From a virus (lineage: Duplodnaviria > Heunggongvirae > Uroviricota > Caudoviricetes): DNA of 64,000 bases. Position numbers and translations under genes: made by a program. Positions 1 through 10,520 of this stretch are shown one piece after another. A model generated the notes under the pieces. It was not told the DNA's origin. It searched no databases and was given only the letters and a program-made list of their open reading frames with translations. Position 1 is the stretch's first letter; each line of letters starts with the position of its first letter. The DNA lies in IMG/VR virus record IMGVR_UViG_3300029841_000009, positions 1 to 64,000 of that record. One strand, given 5' to 3'.

Positions 1-46
1 AAAACGAGTATTTTTAGTCATCCTGTTTACCTCTTTCTCAGGAAGT

Positions 47-2815
47 TTAGTCTCCAGGATTCCCGGGGCGGTTCAATGGCCCAAGAATACCGGATCTATC
101 TATACCCTCAAGCACCAGCTTCTCTGGTGACCAGTCAACATTTTTCCCTTTCGATGCTTCTTTAAGCGCATAGACCAGTGAGCCAAGAGCAATCTGAAAT
201 GCAGTGCCATAATAAAATTGCGCAGTTCCTTCCTGTAACCCACCAAGTAGCGCACGGTTGTATGAAGCCGTTGTGAATGATTTAAACTGAAATATCGTTC
301 GCCCCATTGGAGTACTCGCCCATAAAGGTGTGTCACCAATACCGGGGGTGATGATAGTGTTATTAACGTCTTTCAGAACCGCTGACTGGAATACTCCGGC
401 AACGTACTGATCGTCCCATTTATCAAAGTTACCAATGTGCCATCCATCAATTACCTCACCATGTTTCTCGAACTCACTGCGAATACGCGCAGCCATATTG
501 TCGTTGATACCGAGTTTTGCCAGGCGGCGTGCAGGAAATGCACCGGACAAAATACCGTCTGAAATAACCATTCCGTTCATGGATTTGTTTATGTCATTAA
601 AGCGATCCATGAGTGTCAGCTTGCCGAAGGCATCAGTAATTCGCTCCATTCCGGCTTCGACTGCTGTTGTCCTGGAAGAGCTGTCAACAAGATCACCAAT
701 TGCACGAGAGCGTGAATGCAGTACAGTTTCCAGTCCGATACCCATCTTCAACATCTCTTCTTTGCTGGCCTTAAATGCCGGTGATTGGGATATCTGAGAA
801 GCATAGCCTTTCATGGTGTTACGGAAACCATTAACCATAACCCCTCTGGCCAGATCTGGAATAGCTGATACTGTCATTCCACCGAGTTTGGTCGTGAAGT
901 TCACATCCCGCAGAAAAGCGCCAGCACGAACAAAAAACGAAGACGGGTCATCAGGCATACCATATGTACCAACAAGACGATCGCGTAATGCTGTTATGTC
1001 TCTGAGATCATTTGCTCTTGATTTTGAAAGTCTGGACTGTTCTTTCCGTAATTCCTTTTCGTACTTTCGCATTAATGAATCGAGTTTACCCTGAGGAACA
1101 ACTTCACCATTGCTCTCATAACGTGCTTTCAGATTTGCCACACTTTCGTCATATTTCGCCTTTATTTTTTCAGGCACTTCCCGTAACAGACTGTCATATT
1201 CGTCCTCAATTAATTGCAGACGCTCTGTCATAGTTCGTTTGCCAAATGTTCTCGTCAACTCAATTTCTGCTGCCGCTTCACGGATATGACGTTGTAGAAC
1301 GTAATTCACATCACTTTCGAGATAATCCCTGATAAGACTATCAGGCACATTTAATGTTCTTTCTTTCGTACTACCTGCGGCTTTTACAGAAAATACGCTG
1401 ACAAAATCCTGTGGAACCTTAGCACCAGTAATTTTATTAATTACGATATCCGCTGCAATTTCAGCATCCTCAGGATCCAGTGTTTTATTGCCTCTCGACC
1501 ACCAGTCAACCAAAATACGTCGAAATTTATCGCGTTCACTGATTATTTTTCCAACTTTATATATACGTGGGAAATAGCTTGCCTGGCCTAATGCTTTCAG
1601 TTCTTCATCTGGCGGCAATAAACCAAGCTTTTGCATTTCAACCTTCACCCGATTTAATACAGTTCGCATCGCCTGCGCCGTTTCCTGAACAACAGGATTA
1701 GCATGCACATCACCGCTTCGCATAGCATTCCCAACCTGCTGACGAAATGAATCAAAACTCATGTCACCACCATCAGCTTTATACTTTGCGTATGCCTGTT
1801 TATTTCCGACAACAACAGCAGCTTCTTCACGCTGCCATCCACGTGTACGGGTTTCTACAGCTACCGGTGTTTCAATCCCCCTTTCATTTCCTTTAAGGGT
1901 GAAATTATTTTCGGCTAACTCCAGCGTTGTTTTTCGCACTGTCTTGGACGGAGACTCCATTAACCTTGTCAAAGGAGTAAGATAGCTCCCTGCTTTCCAT
2001 GCAGCCTTTCCAACCACCCCACCGGAAACAGGGGTTAAATCATCCAGAGTCGCTGTATCAATTTTCATAGCACCAACACTACCACCATCAGAAAGCGAAG
2101 CGGCAGCCCTGTCAGTCACTGATGTAATGCTCATATTATCAAGAGCATCAGCAACCTCACGTGTGGCTGCAGCCCGGACGGATGGCGAAAGCGCAACACC
2201 AGCACTGGCAAACACGCCGCTCATTATCGCACCCGCTGCAACGTGAGCGGCACTTTCACCCCATGAGCGTGTTATTTGCTGATTATTCAGTACAACCTCG
2301 CTTAATGCAGTACCGGCAGCACCAATCGCAATCTGTGAGCCAATACGCGCCAGTGCCCCTCCTTGAGCACCTGGGATAAACATTGACGCAACAGTAACCG
2401 GGTCAAAAAGCATCGCTGTTGCACTGGCAATTCCACCAGCTAAGCCTGCTTCAGAGATAAAACGCCGATCTTCATTTTCATCATCTATCTGCTGCTTAAT
2501 CCACGCTGTTTCTTCTGGCGAGCGGGAACCTGCAAATTTCGCACCCCAGTATTCATAGCCGTGCAACTCATTTTTATCAGCATATGGGTTATAACCCTCG
2601 ACCGGTTCAAACTGTCTGGCAGGACGGAAAAAACCAGCCAGAATATTGTTCTGTCGTATTGCTGCGGCAAGCAATGAAGGCTCTTTTTGGCGAGGCTCAG
2701 GGTTCTTACCTTCTGGCGGATGCACATCAAAACTCTGTTCATCAGGTTCAGGAATGGCGCGACCAGCAGAAATAAATCCGTTATTGTTTGATTCAGATAC
2801 AGGATAGAACGGCAT
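47..2815 (-). CDS. large internal virion / ejection protein (T7 gp16-like position)
   Basis: 922-aa ORF at the distal end of the podovirus structural operon, with Gly/Ala-rich hydrophobic stretches; assignment is by size and position only. Confidence 0.45.
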   Translation of the reverse strand: MPFYPVSESNNNGFISAGRAIPEPDEQSFDVHPPEGKNPEPRQKEPSLLAAAIRQNNILAGFFRPARQFEPVEGYNPYADKNELHGYEYWGAKFAGSRSPEETAWIKQQIDDENEDRRFISEAGLAGGIASATAMLFDPVTVASMFIPGAQGGALARIGSQIAIGAAGTALSEVVLNNQQITRSWGESAAHVAAGAIMSGVFASAGVALSPSVRAAATREVADALDNMSITSVTDRAAASLSDGGSVGAMKIDTATLDDLTPVSGGVVGKAAWKAGSYLTPLTRLMESPSKTVRKTTLELAENNFTLKGNERGIETPVAVETRTRGWQREEAAVVVGNKQAYAKYKADGGDMSFDSFRQQVGNAMRSGDVHANPVVQETAQAMRTVLNRVKVEMQKLGLLPPDEELKALGQASYFPRIYKVGKIISERDKFRRILVDWWSRGNKTLDPEDAEIAADIVINKITGAKVPQDFVSVFSVKAAGSTKERTLNVPDSLIRDYLESDVNYVLQRHIREAAAEIELTRTFGKRTMTERLQLIEDEYDSLLREVPEKIKAKYDESVANLKARYESNGEVVPQGKLDSLMRKYEKELRKEQSRLSKSRANDLRDITALRDRLVGTYGMPDDPSSFFVRAGAFLRDVNFTTKLGGMTVSAIPDLARGVMVNGFRNTMKGYASQISQSPAFKASKEEMLKMGIGLETVLHSRSRAIGDLVDSSSRTTAVEAGMERITDAFGKLTLMDRFNDINKSMNGMVISDGILSGAFPARRLAKLGINDNMAARIRSEFEKHGEVIDGWHIGNFDKWDDQYVAGVFQSAVLKDVNNTIITPGIGDTPLWASTPMGRTIFQFKSFTTASYNRALLGGLQEGTAQFYYGTAFQIALGSLVYALKEASKGKNVDWSPEKLVLEGIDRSGILGPLNRPGNPGD

Positions 2816-5523
2816 TATTTAGATCCCCACGAAAAGTAATCTTTAAATTTGTCCATACGTTCGTTATGCAGGCGCTGATACTGCTCATCCAGAGCACGAT
2901 GCTTGTCTTTGAAGTTTTGTATAGCCTGTCCACGCATAATTTCTTCCTGCTCGTGCTGCTCCCGTTCCTGCTGCATTTTCTTATAAGGTTCCCAATCTTC
3001 TAGTGATGGCCCCCAGCGCATCAGTCTTCCATGCTTGTCATAAAATAAATCATCCCTCGTAATACCATCTTTATCTTTTGTTCTGATCACAACTGAATAA
3101 AGCTTATCTCTCGGAGTTGATAAATCAGGAACAAGAATCAACTCACCTCCAACCAGTGAGCGTGGTGTATTCAGTCCCAATGCACCAGCCTCAGTTGAAG
3201 GTCGGTTAAATGAAGGAGCTGGTTTATGCAAGTCATCGCCATACATGATTTTTTCTTTTTCAGCTTTCCATTGCGCTGCAATCCAGCCTGACGGCCCATA
3301 TTGATAAAGCGCCTCCGGTGCATATTTCATAAACTGTGCTTCCCCGTTGACCTCGCTGATACTCCAGGTGCGGGCTATCTGCTGGTTGGTCATTTGCTTC
3401 GCTACGTCAGCGTTACCACCAGCAAGGCGATAGTTAACGTCATACAGCATCTGATAGTCATTGCGAAAGAGCGCTGCTTCCGGCGTCTGGTCATCCGCAG
3501 ACGGATCCCAGCGAAGCCAATGAGCCATATTGCTGACAGCAGAATTGGCTGCGCTGTCACGCTCTTTTTTGTATTCTCTTGTACTCTGAACAGATGAGAG
3601 CTGCGCCCTTAGTGCATCTGTCTGGTTGTATGTCTTACTCTGCGCTTCCACAATAGCAGCATCAGAAGACATCCCTGCATCAGTTAGTTGCTTAACAGTC
3701 AGATAAAAACCCTGCATATCCTTCGGCATATTTCCAATAGATGCATTGTCTGTTTCATATAACCGACTAAACAGTTCCGCCGCATTTTTAACCACTTCCT
3801 GATTGCTGGATCGGGATACTGCTGAAAGCTGCGTGATGACCTGCGAAGGCATTATGCCAGTCTGAGCCACAAGCCGAACAACCCCATCATGAGTGGAGGC
3901 ATCATTAATACGAAAGTTCTGCGCCATTTCTGTGTAATCAGCAGCTTTCTGCATTGACTTGTTGCTTGGGTCTAATTTTTCACCTATTGTCAGCGCCTCA
4001 TTGAATCTGCGTGAATCCCGTTGCGCCTGAATTGCTTCATTTGATCTCTGAAGCAATGCAGACAATTTTCCGTAAGCATCGAGTTTTAACGCATAGTGAG
4101 GATCGTTAACCTCAGGCTTCACTTTCTGCATTTCTTCTTGCTGCTGAGAAGGAGGCAAATACTGAATTGCCTGGAATATTCTCGCGTTATCAATCGCTAT
4201 ATCCAGTTGATTGATTATTTTATCTGCGTTTTTTCCATACCCCCTGATGATGGTCTCCTGAGCCGGTATATAATCTGGAACCTCACCGTTATATAGCTGG
4301 GCCATGGTGTTATTAATAGCTGGCTCAAGCTGTTCTAATATTAACTTCCTTTGCTTTTCTATCTGACTATTAGCAAGGTTATCTATTTGATAAATAGTCA
4401 GCGGATCCATTCCAGTTTTATTTTTTCTATATCGGGAAAGCCACCCTTGTGTTTCTGATGGAAGATTTCGGATAAATTCTTCTTCTGATATTTCACCTTT
4501 ACGCGGATCACCGACTTTGGCGATCAGTTTATCCACGTTACCCATCCCCCAGTTATATGCTGCTCCGGTCAATATTTCTGAGCCGTACTTACCATACAGT
4601 TGATTTACATAGTCACTGGCAAGCATTTCATGCTGTTGTTCGTCCGTAGGGTTGTATTCAACGCCACGTTTGGCCGCCAGTTCTTTCCCTGTGCCCGGCA
4701 TTAACTGGTATTTCCCCTGGGCCCTCTCTCCAGAAGATGTTTTCGGTCCTTCAAGAATACTACCATCAGGATTAAAGTGACGATCACCTGATTCAACAAG
4801 GCGTATGGCACGCATGTCCATGCCTCCAGAATCATTTTTCTGAAACTGACCATTTAACCATCCTTCCGGGTTAGCAGCGGCATAATTCTTCGCCCGCATT
4901 TCTGTGGCACTGCGATCATCACTTTCTATTTCTTCCAGAATGCGTTCTTGTGACCATCCCCTGGCTGCTCCATATCTGGCAATGGCTACCATTCTGGAAT
5001 TTCTGGCTAAAGTGGCAGTTTGCGGGTCATTCCAGGCATCCGCTTCATTTTGTATCCATAATTTTCTCGTTGCCTGATATTGCTCATCTTCATAGGCATT
5101 TGTCTGCCCTATCTCATGTCTGAGAACTCCAGTACTGAACTGAATTTTCTGTGTTCTGGCTTGTTGCAAAAACATATTTCTTGCTGCTTCATCAGTCAAT
5201 GAAGCAGCTATTTCTTCCACATCCTGATCAAATCCAGATATGTACTCTTGCCCCTTACCAATCGCATTTTTGCCTTGTTGTGCATAAAAACCGGTTTGAG
5301 GGTTATAAAGACGTTCATTGCTGCGCTGATTAAGCTGAAGTATGGCATCCTGAGACAATGCAACATTCGCTTTCTGCCTGGCTTCACCATATGCCACCGC
5401 ATACTGATCTGCGACATTCGCCAGCACCTGACCTGCTTGAGGAACATCGAAGATCTGAAAACCACCGGTTTGCACACCACGACTTTGCACCTGGCGTCCG
5501 GATGTAGTAGGAACAACAGGCAT
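2815..5523 (-). CDS. internal virion protein with lytic transglycosylase (SLT) domain
   Basis: 902 aa; motifs SGERAQGKYQLMPGT ... AYNWG match the E-S / GLMQ / AYNAG pattern of family 1 lytic transglycosylases; start overlaps the upstream stop. Confidence 0.65.
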   Translation of the reverse strand: MPVVPTTSGRQVQSRGVQTGGFQIFDVPQAGQVLANVADQYAVAYGEARQKANVALSQDAILQLNQRSNERLYNPQTGFYAQQGKNAIGKGQEYISGFDQDVEEIAASLTDEAARNMFLQQARTQKIQFSTGVLRHEIGQTNAYEDEQYQATRKLWIQNEADAWNDPQTATLARNSRMVAIARYGAARGWSQERILEEIESDDRSATEMRAKNYAAANPEGWLNGQFQKNDSGGMDMRAIRLVESGDRHFNPDGSILEGPKTSSGERAQGKYQLMPGTGKELAAKRGVEYNPTDEQQHEMLASDYVNQLYGKYGSEILTGAAYNWGMGNVDKLIAKVGDPRKGEISEEEFIRNLPSETQGWLSRYRKNKTGMDPLTIYQIDNLANSQIEKQRKLILEQLEPAINNTMAQLYNGEVPDYIPAQETIIRGYGKNADKIINQLDIAIDNARIFQAIQYLPPSQQQEEMQKVKPEVNDPHYALKLDAYGKLSALLQRSNEAIQAQRDSRRFNEALTIGEKLDPSNKSMQKAADYTEMAQNFRINDASTHDGVVRLVAQTGIMPSQVITQLSAVSRSSNQEVVKNAAELFSRLYETDNASIGNMPKDMQGFYLTVKQLTDAGMSSDAAIVEAQSKTYNQTDALRAQLSSVQSTREYKKERDSAANSAVSNMAHWLRWDPSADDQTPEAALFRNDYQMLYDVNYRLAGGNADVAKQMTNQQIARTWSISEVNGEAQFMKYAPEALYQYGPSGWIAAQWKAEKEKIMYGDDLHKPAPSFNRPSTEAGALGLNTPRSLVGGELILVPDLSTPRDKLYSVVIRTKDKDGITRDDLFYDKHGRLMRWGPSLEDWEPYKKMQQEREQHEQEEIMRGQAIQNFKDKHRALDEQYQRLHNERMDKFKDYFSWGSK

Positions 5524-6089
5524 CAGTAACCTCCTATTTTGAATCGGGAGTCAGAATTCATAAAACCTGAGTTAGATAACATTGGCGTGTTTCCTTGCTT
5601 ACTAATCGGATTGATACTTCCGCTACCCAACTTATATGCACCGTATGCTTTTAGTGGTGCCGTTAACAAAGTGCTGGTCATCGATGATTTAGCAGCCGAC
5701 TGAGCAGCAGCCCCCTGTGCCTGAGCATTCATTCCCTGAACCTGATACCCATATGCCTCACGCTGAGCATTATTCACTGTCGTTAACGCATCAAGAGTGC
5801 CGAACTGAGCATTATCCGCAAAAACGTCAAGAGCTGTTCCGCTACTTAATTCCGCACCGGTAGCCCCCATAGTGGCCGCCGCAGTGCCTGAGCGTTGACG
5901 CATTTCACGACGACGCTGATCCGCTTCAATATTCCCACGATTGATTGAATCCTGTGCCTGAGCTTCAGCAATTTCAGCATTCCGATCAGCTATGGCTGAC
6001 TGGTATTTTGCCTGCTTGCTCTGGCTGTACATTGACGCGGCTGTGGATGCCACTGTGACGGCAACCAAAGCGATGGCTGGGTTACACAT
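5523..6089 (-). CDS. small virion protein, Ala/Gln-rich with N-terminal hydrophobic segment
   Basis: 188 aa, low-complexity A/Q-rich, hydrophobic N-terminus (AIALVAVTVASTAAS); sits among the internal virion protein genes. Confidence 0.4.
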   Translation of the reverse strand: MCNPAIALVAVTVASTAASMYSQSKQAKYQSAIADRNAEIAEAQAQDSINRGNIEADQRRREMRQRSGTAAATMGATGAELSSGTALDVFADNAQFGTLDALTTVNNAQREAYGYQVQGMNAQAQGAAAQSAAKSSMTSTLLTAPLKAYGAYKLGSGSINPISKQGNTPMLSNSGFMNSDSRFKIGGY

Positions 6090-6553
6090 TATTTTCTCTC
6101 CATGTGAAATCTGTGGAAATTAAGACCAAGAGCACCATAAGGCGCGGCTTCTTCAAGCCTGAATCCAAGCCAGTGCAGCCATGCTTTGGCAACATGGTTT
6201 CGCTCGTCGACATAGTTTTCCAGGCGCGGATAAACTGCCAGCATCTGCTGCAATACAGGGCGGCAGTGGCGAAGAAATGTCTTCTGATATTTTTCGATAC
6301 GGCTGGTTCCGACCAGCCAGGGCGTACCATTGCCACCGATCATTGACGCCGGAGATACGCCAAACATGGTTACCAGTTCTCCGTTCGCGAACCCTGACCA
6401 GGCCATAGTCGCAGTGCGCAGACCAACACGCAGCGCATCTTTGGTAGTCATCAGCGATACCGCATACAGTTCGTCAATATCAGCCTGACGAACATCCGGC
6501 AAAATCATCTGAAGATGCTCTTCGGTTGCGGGAATAATTTGAACATCGATCAT
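6089..6553 (-). CDS. hypothetical virion-module protein
   Basis: 154-aa ORF, translationally coupled inside the structural operon; no recognisable motif. Confidence 0.35.
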   Translation of the reverse strand: MIDVQIIPATEEHLQMILPDVRQADIDELYAVSLMTTKDALRVGLRTATMAWSGFANGELVTMFGVSPASMIGGNGTPWLVGTSRIEKYQKTFLRHCRPVLQQMLAVYPRLENYVDERNHVAKAWLHWLGFRLEEAAPYGALGLNFHRFHMERK

Positions 6554-9024
6554 CAGAATCCCCCAACAGTAAGGCGAGGAATAACGGCAAGAACAGACAG
6601 CGGCAACGGATCAAGCTGACGGATTTTTACACGTCCGTTTTTGCCCCAGTTACTGTCCAGTTTCACTTCTACTTTTCCGGTAGCATCATCAACAGGATCA
6701 TCGTAGAACTCGAATTCACGCTGTGGATATTCGTACCATTTACCGCCGGGCGTAGTCGCCCAGATGCCGCGACTGGCATTCACAACCAGAGTAACGGACG
6801 GGATCACCTGTTTTTTGTCCAGCAGCGTTTCCTGTCCGTTAATGTTGATATCCAGTGTTTCGAATTCAGCAGTTATTGGCAGGCCGATGTGCACTACAGC
6901 CCCCGGTGATTCCAGCGTGACGGCACCTCCGGAAACCACTTTCTGTGGTTCCACGTTCGCATCAGAGAGAATGTTTACGGTCTGGCCTTCAAGATGAGAC
7001 AGGCCTCCAAATGTCCGGCGCGCCATCTGCCAGTTCGTGGTGGCCACATTCCTGAGGGATGGCGGGACGTTCCTGTTAGCACGAACCACTACAGCGGTAT
7101 TGCTGGTTACAGAAATAATGTCGCAACGTAATTCTTTTGACACCTCATCGCCAGTATCAGGATCAGTTCCGGTATAAGGGAACTGTAGTTGCGCGCCGAC
7201 ATCACTACTGGTGAAGTACGCACCACCAGAAACACTGATTGTATATTCCGCGCGGTAATCCCATTCGCCAGAACCACCAGTGATGATCATCGTTCTGTCA
7301 GACGTATTTCTTCCATCATAGCTAAGGCCAGAATCAACAAAGAAAGCATCTTCATCGCTGGTAAATAAACGGCTGGACAGTCGCTCGATGTATCTCACTG
7401 TTTGCCCGTTAACGGTTCGGTTAACGACGAAATACACCGCATCTTCATTGCCTTCGCTGATACTGCATGTGCTTTCATATTTTCCGGTACTGGATTGTGG
7501 TGCCCATGCAAAAACCTGCTGATCACGCAAATAGGTCATCACCAGTAATTTACCGTCATCACGGATGCAGAAGGCGCTGGAGTAAGGGACTATTGAGAAG
7601 CACCAGTCAACAATGCTGTGCTTCTGAAAAAGATGATTGGCAAGGATAGTAAGGTCGTTCCCCTGATAGCCGTCAACATCGAATGAGTAGGCCAGATCAC
7701 GGACAACACTGCCTTTCTCCTGGACGAACAGAGCAATATTCGCCACGGCAATTGGTGGGACATTGCTCGAGCCATTTGATCCCTGAGAGCTGAATGCAAA
7801 TGATGATGGGGTAAGCACTTTGTTCTGGTCGCCAGTGATGACGTACTCACCTCCGGAAGTCAGCGCCACCAGCGAACCAACATCAATCAGGTGGCGGATC
7901 TCATTAACCTGACGCCCGGCATAGGTGTAGATAATTCTGTCGTCATCCTGCGTAGGATTGCTTTTGCCAAAATCCTTATAATCCCCGGTACGGCTGGCCC
8001 AGATAGTCTGAGGAAACGCAGTCGATGCGGCGAAGTAAAGACGTTGTTGATAATAAACAACAGTGCCAGGATAACCATTAACACTGTTCCAGGCATATTT
8101 AGCCCATTTATAGCTGGCATTATCCTCGCCAACTACCTGCGAAGGGATATAGGAAATCACCTCGGCAGTTGCAGTAGTTCCATTTGCAGCAGAGATACGG
8201 GCAATGCCAAAACCACTGTGCAGATACTCCCACTCAATGCCGGTATCATCATCACCGGATCCGCCCCAGCCATCCCATGATGTGCCTTCTGTATGCGAAG
8301 GGCGCAAAGTGCCTGTTTTGCCTACTGTAACGGCGCGATAGTAGTTACTGTCTGCACGGCGAATATCGCCAATTGACGTACTCTTACTGGTTTCCCATAC
8401 CGGCACAGAATCCACTGCAGGCTGTTCCAGATAGAACAATTTGCCTACCTGCTCCGCGCCAAAAATAGAGGCGCTTGCCGTTAACGTAATTGTCCCGGTG
8501 CTGGCGCTGGCATAAACCGTCACTGACTCGTCAATATTGATATCTTCAAATGGTCCGTTCTTCGTTACCACATCAACCAGTTGCCAGTTGTCATGCGCAT
8601 AGCGACGCAACTCTTTCGGCGGGTATGCCGGATGAACAAGCGTAAGCACGTCGGCGCTTTGCGTGAATTTAATTCGGAACAGATCGGCTTCAGTATATGG
8701 CGTGGCAATTTCATAAATAACATTGCTGCTGTTCAGCACCAACGCACCATCTTTGATAACGCGCATGTACTGGTGTCCGAACTCCAGAGCATAGGTCTGA
8801 ACCGTCGAGAACTGGAACGGGATCAGGCGGCATTTCCGATTTGGGTATTTGGCGGCACCGACAAAACGCGTACCTGGTCGATTCTCAACGCCGCCATACT
8901 GCCGCACGATAAAGTTATCGCACTTGCGCAATGCCACCTGGTACTTCGCCATGTCAATACGCCCGTACAACGACGGTCCAATCTCACCACCGGCAAAGCT
9001 GGGCTGGATCCAACTGATAGCCAT
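6553..9024 (-). CDS. tail tubular protein B-like (nozzle)
   Basis: 823 aa, immediately downstream of the adaptor-like gene as in the T7 gp11-gp12 order; size and position based. Confidence 0.45.
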   Translation of the reverse strand: MAISWIQPSFAGGEIGPSLYGRIDMAKYQVALRKCDNFIVRQYGGVENRPGTRFVGAAKYPNRKCRLIPFQFSTVQTYALEFGHQYMRVIKDGALVLNSSNVIYEIATPYTEADLFRIKFTQSADVLTLVHPAYPPKELRRYAHDNWQLVDVVTKNGPFEDINIDESVTVYASASTGTITLTASASIFGAEQVGKLFYLEQPAVDSVPVWETSKSTSIGDIRRADSNYYRAVTVGKTGTLRPSHTEGTSWDGWGGSGDDDTGIEWEYLHSGFGIARISAANGTTATAEVISYIPSQVVGEDNASYKWAKYAWNSVNGYPGTVVYYQQRLYFAASTAFPQTIWASRTGDYKDFGKSNPTQDDDRIIYTYAGRQVNEIRHLIDVGSLVALTSGGEYVITGDQNKVLTPSSFAFSSQGSNGSSNVPPIAVANIALFVQEKGSVVRDLAYSFDVDGYQGNDLTILANHLFQKHSIVDWCFSIVPYSSAFCIRDDGKLLVMTYLRDQQVFAWAPQSSTGKYESTCSISEGNEDAVYFVVNRTVNGQTVRYIERLSSRLFTSDEDAFFVDSGLSYDGRNTSDRTMIITGGSGEWDYRAEYTISVSGGAYFTSSDVGAQLQFPYTGTDPDTGDEVSKELRCDIISVTSNTAVVVRANRNVPPSLRNVATTNWQMARRTFGGLSHLEGQTVNILSDANVEPQKVVSGGAVTLESPGAVVHIGLPITAEFETLDININGQETLLDKKQVIPSVTLVVNASRGIWATTPGGKWYEYPQREFEFYDDPVDDATGKVEVKLDSNWGKNGRVKIRQLDPLPLSVLAVIPRLTVGGF

Positions 9025-9629
9025 CAGGACAACCTCGCAATGGTAAACTCGTCAACCGGTGGCTGTGGTTCCTGTGATTCATTCTGGCTATGCGAGCCAG
9101 CACTAAGAATCACGCGATTGTACATATTGAGAGCAAATGTACCGAGATCCGCATTCCCAGTCAGCGCCATGTTAATGGCTGCCGCAAGACGCCAGGCCAG
9201 CGCCTCCATAAAAATGGCATCAAACATGTTTACATCTGAAACGCGAGAGACATACTTGAGCCATGCCTGCGGCTGGTCTGTGTAGATCAATTTTCCTGTT
9301 CCGTTGGTGTCTGCACCAACTTCGTACTGAACGCGCATTGCTGCTGTTGGATTGCGTACACCAGGAAGCATAATTTCAGTAATGCGCAGACAATCTGACG
9401 GGTACTGGTACGCATATTCCCAGTCAGGCGGTGGATTGCTCGTATCTGCAAGCGCCACGCGTTTGGTAGCAAAGTTCCAGTCAAAATCAGAAAGCACAGC
9501 ATCACGGCAGGCCTCAAAGTGCAGCGAACATTCCCCCGCTTCCTTGCTGGCTTCCGTCAGGCTGTTAATGCTGCGGCTGTTGCCAATATTGGACAGCGCA
9601 CGATTGCAGATCTCTACTACAGAGGCCAT
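9024..9629 (-). CDS. tail tubular protein A-like (adaptor)
   Basis: 201 aa; N-terminal pattern (ICNRALSNIG...SLTEASKEAG...WNF) resembles the architecture of T7 gp11, recalled from memory. Confidence 0.4.
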   Translation of the reverse strand: MASVVEICNRALSNIGNSRSINSLTEASKEAGECSLHFEACRDAVLSDFDWNFATKRVALADTSNPPPDWEYAYQYPSDCLRITEIMLPGVRNPTAAMRVQYEVGADTNGTGKLIYTDQPQAWLKYVSRVSDVNMFDAIFMEALAWRLAAAINMALTGNADLGTFALNMYNRVILSAGSHSQNESQEPQPPVDEFTIARLS

Positions 9630-9650
9630 AAGTTTCTATACTCCTGCAAT

Positions 9651-9672
9651 AAAGGGGCCGAAGCCCCTTGTC
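9651..9672 (-). terminator. intra-operon rho-independent terminator / attenuator
   Basis: GC hairpin AAGGGGCTTCGGCCCCTT followed by TTTATT on the minus strand, between two structural genes. Confidence 0.4.
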
Positions 9673-9685
9673 TGATTCGCGAGGC

Positions 9686-10030
9686 TTACACGCCCAGTTC
9701 TTTACGCTTATCTGCGATCTTCTCGCGTAGCGTTTCGGCTTTGGCGTTATGGTGTGGCTTCTCGTTAAAGAGCAATTCGTACTCTTCACGGAGCTTATCC
9801 AGTTCACCATCATCTGACACATCGTTGATGATTTTGGTGCTGGTTGCTGCCATTGACACCTTTCCTGCAACTTTTGCTTTTGCCTGTCTGGCTGCATCGT
9901 TAACAGGTTCCAGTGCGCTACCAGGCTCACCTTCGTATTCGATTTCTGCCCCCTCCGGCCACAGAGTGTTATGGATATGAGAGAGGCGCAGAACGCGGTA
10001 TCTTGGTTTCTCACCTGACATCGATATCAC
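9686..10030 (-). CDS. hypothetical protein
   Basis: 114-aa ORF in the head module, charged C-terminus. Confidence 0.35.
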   Translation of the reverse strand: MISMSGEKPRYRVLRLSHIHNTLWPEGAEIEYEGEPGSALEPVNDAARQAKAKVAGKVSMAATSTKIINDVSDDGELDKLREEYELLFNEKPHHNAKAETLREKIADKRKELGV

Positions 10031-10031
10031 C

Positions 10032-10469
10032 TTAACCAGTTACTTTTGAGCGGATCGGGTACGGCGTATTGGCATCAACATCCAGACTGATACCCGCAGT
10101 GAATTTGCCAGCCGTTAGTGGGCCAGTTGCGACGGAGTAGTTAACACGCAGATATCGCTGAACACCGGCAGGCACCTTTGCAGAAACAACTCGTTTACCT
10201 GCTGTCAGGGCGGTCTTTGCCAGTGCGCCACTATCATAAATAGTGGTCCATGAGCTGTTATTCTCACTCGTCTGCAACTGGATGTTTACAGTTGCATCAC
10301 CGCTTGCCGCGGCGGCTGCGTTAACCAGCGCCCAAAACTCAAGCGGGTAACCCACGCCGATATCACGACGTTTTCCGTCAATTGGACCGAGATCGATTAC
10401 GTCAGTAGAAGCCGCGGTATTCGTAACCGCCTGAGCTTCGGAGAACATCAACAGTTTGTCGGTGATCAT
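10032..10469 (-). CDS. hypothetical virion protein (possible capsid accessory)
   Basis: 145 aa, directly downstream of the capsid gene; Ala/Thr-rich, beta-rich-looking composition. Confidence 0.35.
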   Translation of the reverse strand: MITDKLLMFSEAQAVTNTAASTDVIDLGPIDGKRRDIGVGYPLEFWALVNAAAAASGDATVNIQLQTSENNSSWTTIYDSGALAKTALTAGKRVVSAKVPAGVQRYLRVNYSVATGPLTAGKFTAGISLDVDANTPYPIRSKVTG

Positions 10470-10520
10470 CTTCTTTCTCCATTAGTGGGTCTGTTACGAC
10501 CCACAGGTTAATAACAGGCG

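Noticed and set aside
1-21. Possible start of a minus-strand gene (AGGA then ATG, reading MTKNTRF) running off the left edge
   Set aside because: Only seven codons are inside the window, too little to support a feature call; it is probably the next structural gene (tail fiber or spike) downstream of the 922-aa ORF.
100-1233. Short ORFs (100..339, 435..797, 813..1094, 1012..1233) overlapping the 922-aa virion gene
   Set aside because: They lie inside or antisense to a long, well-supported CDS and have no ribosome-binding site or coupling logic. The same reasoning applies to comparable internal ORFs throughout the track (for example 8581..9285, 12639..13376, 55503..56099).
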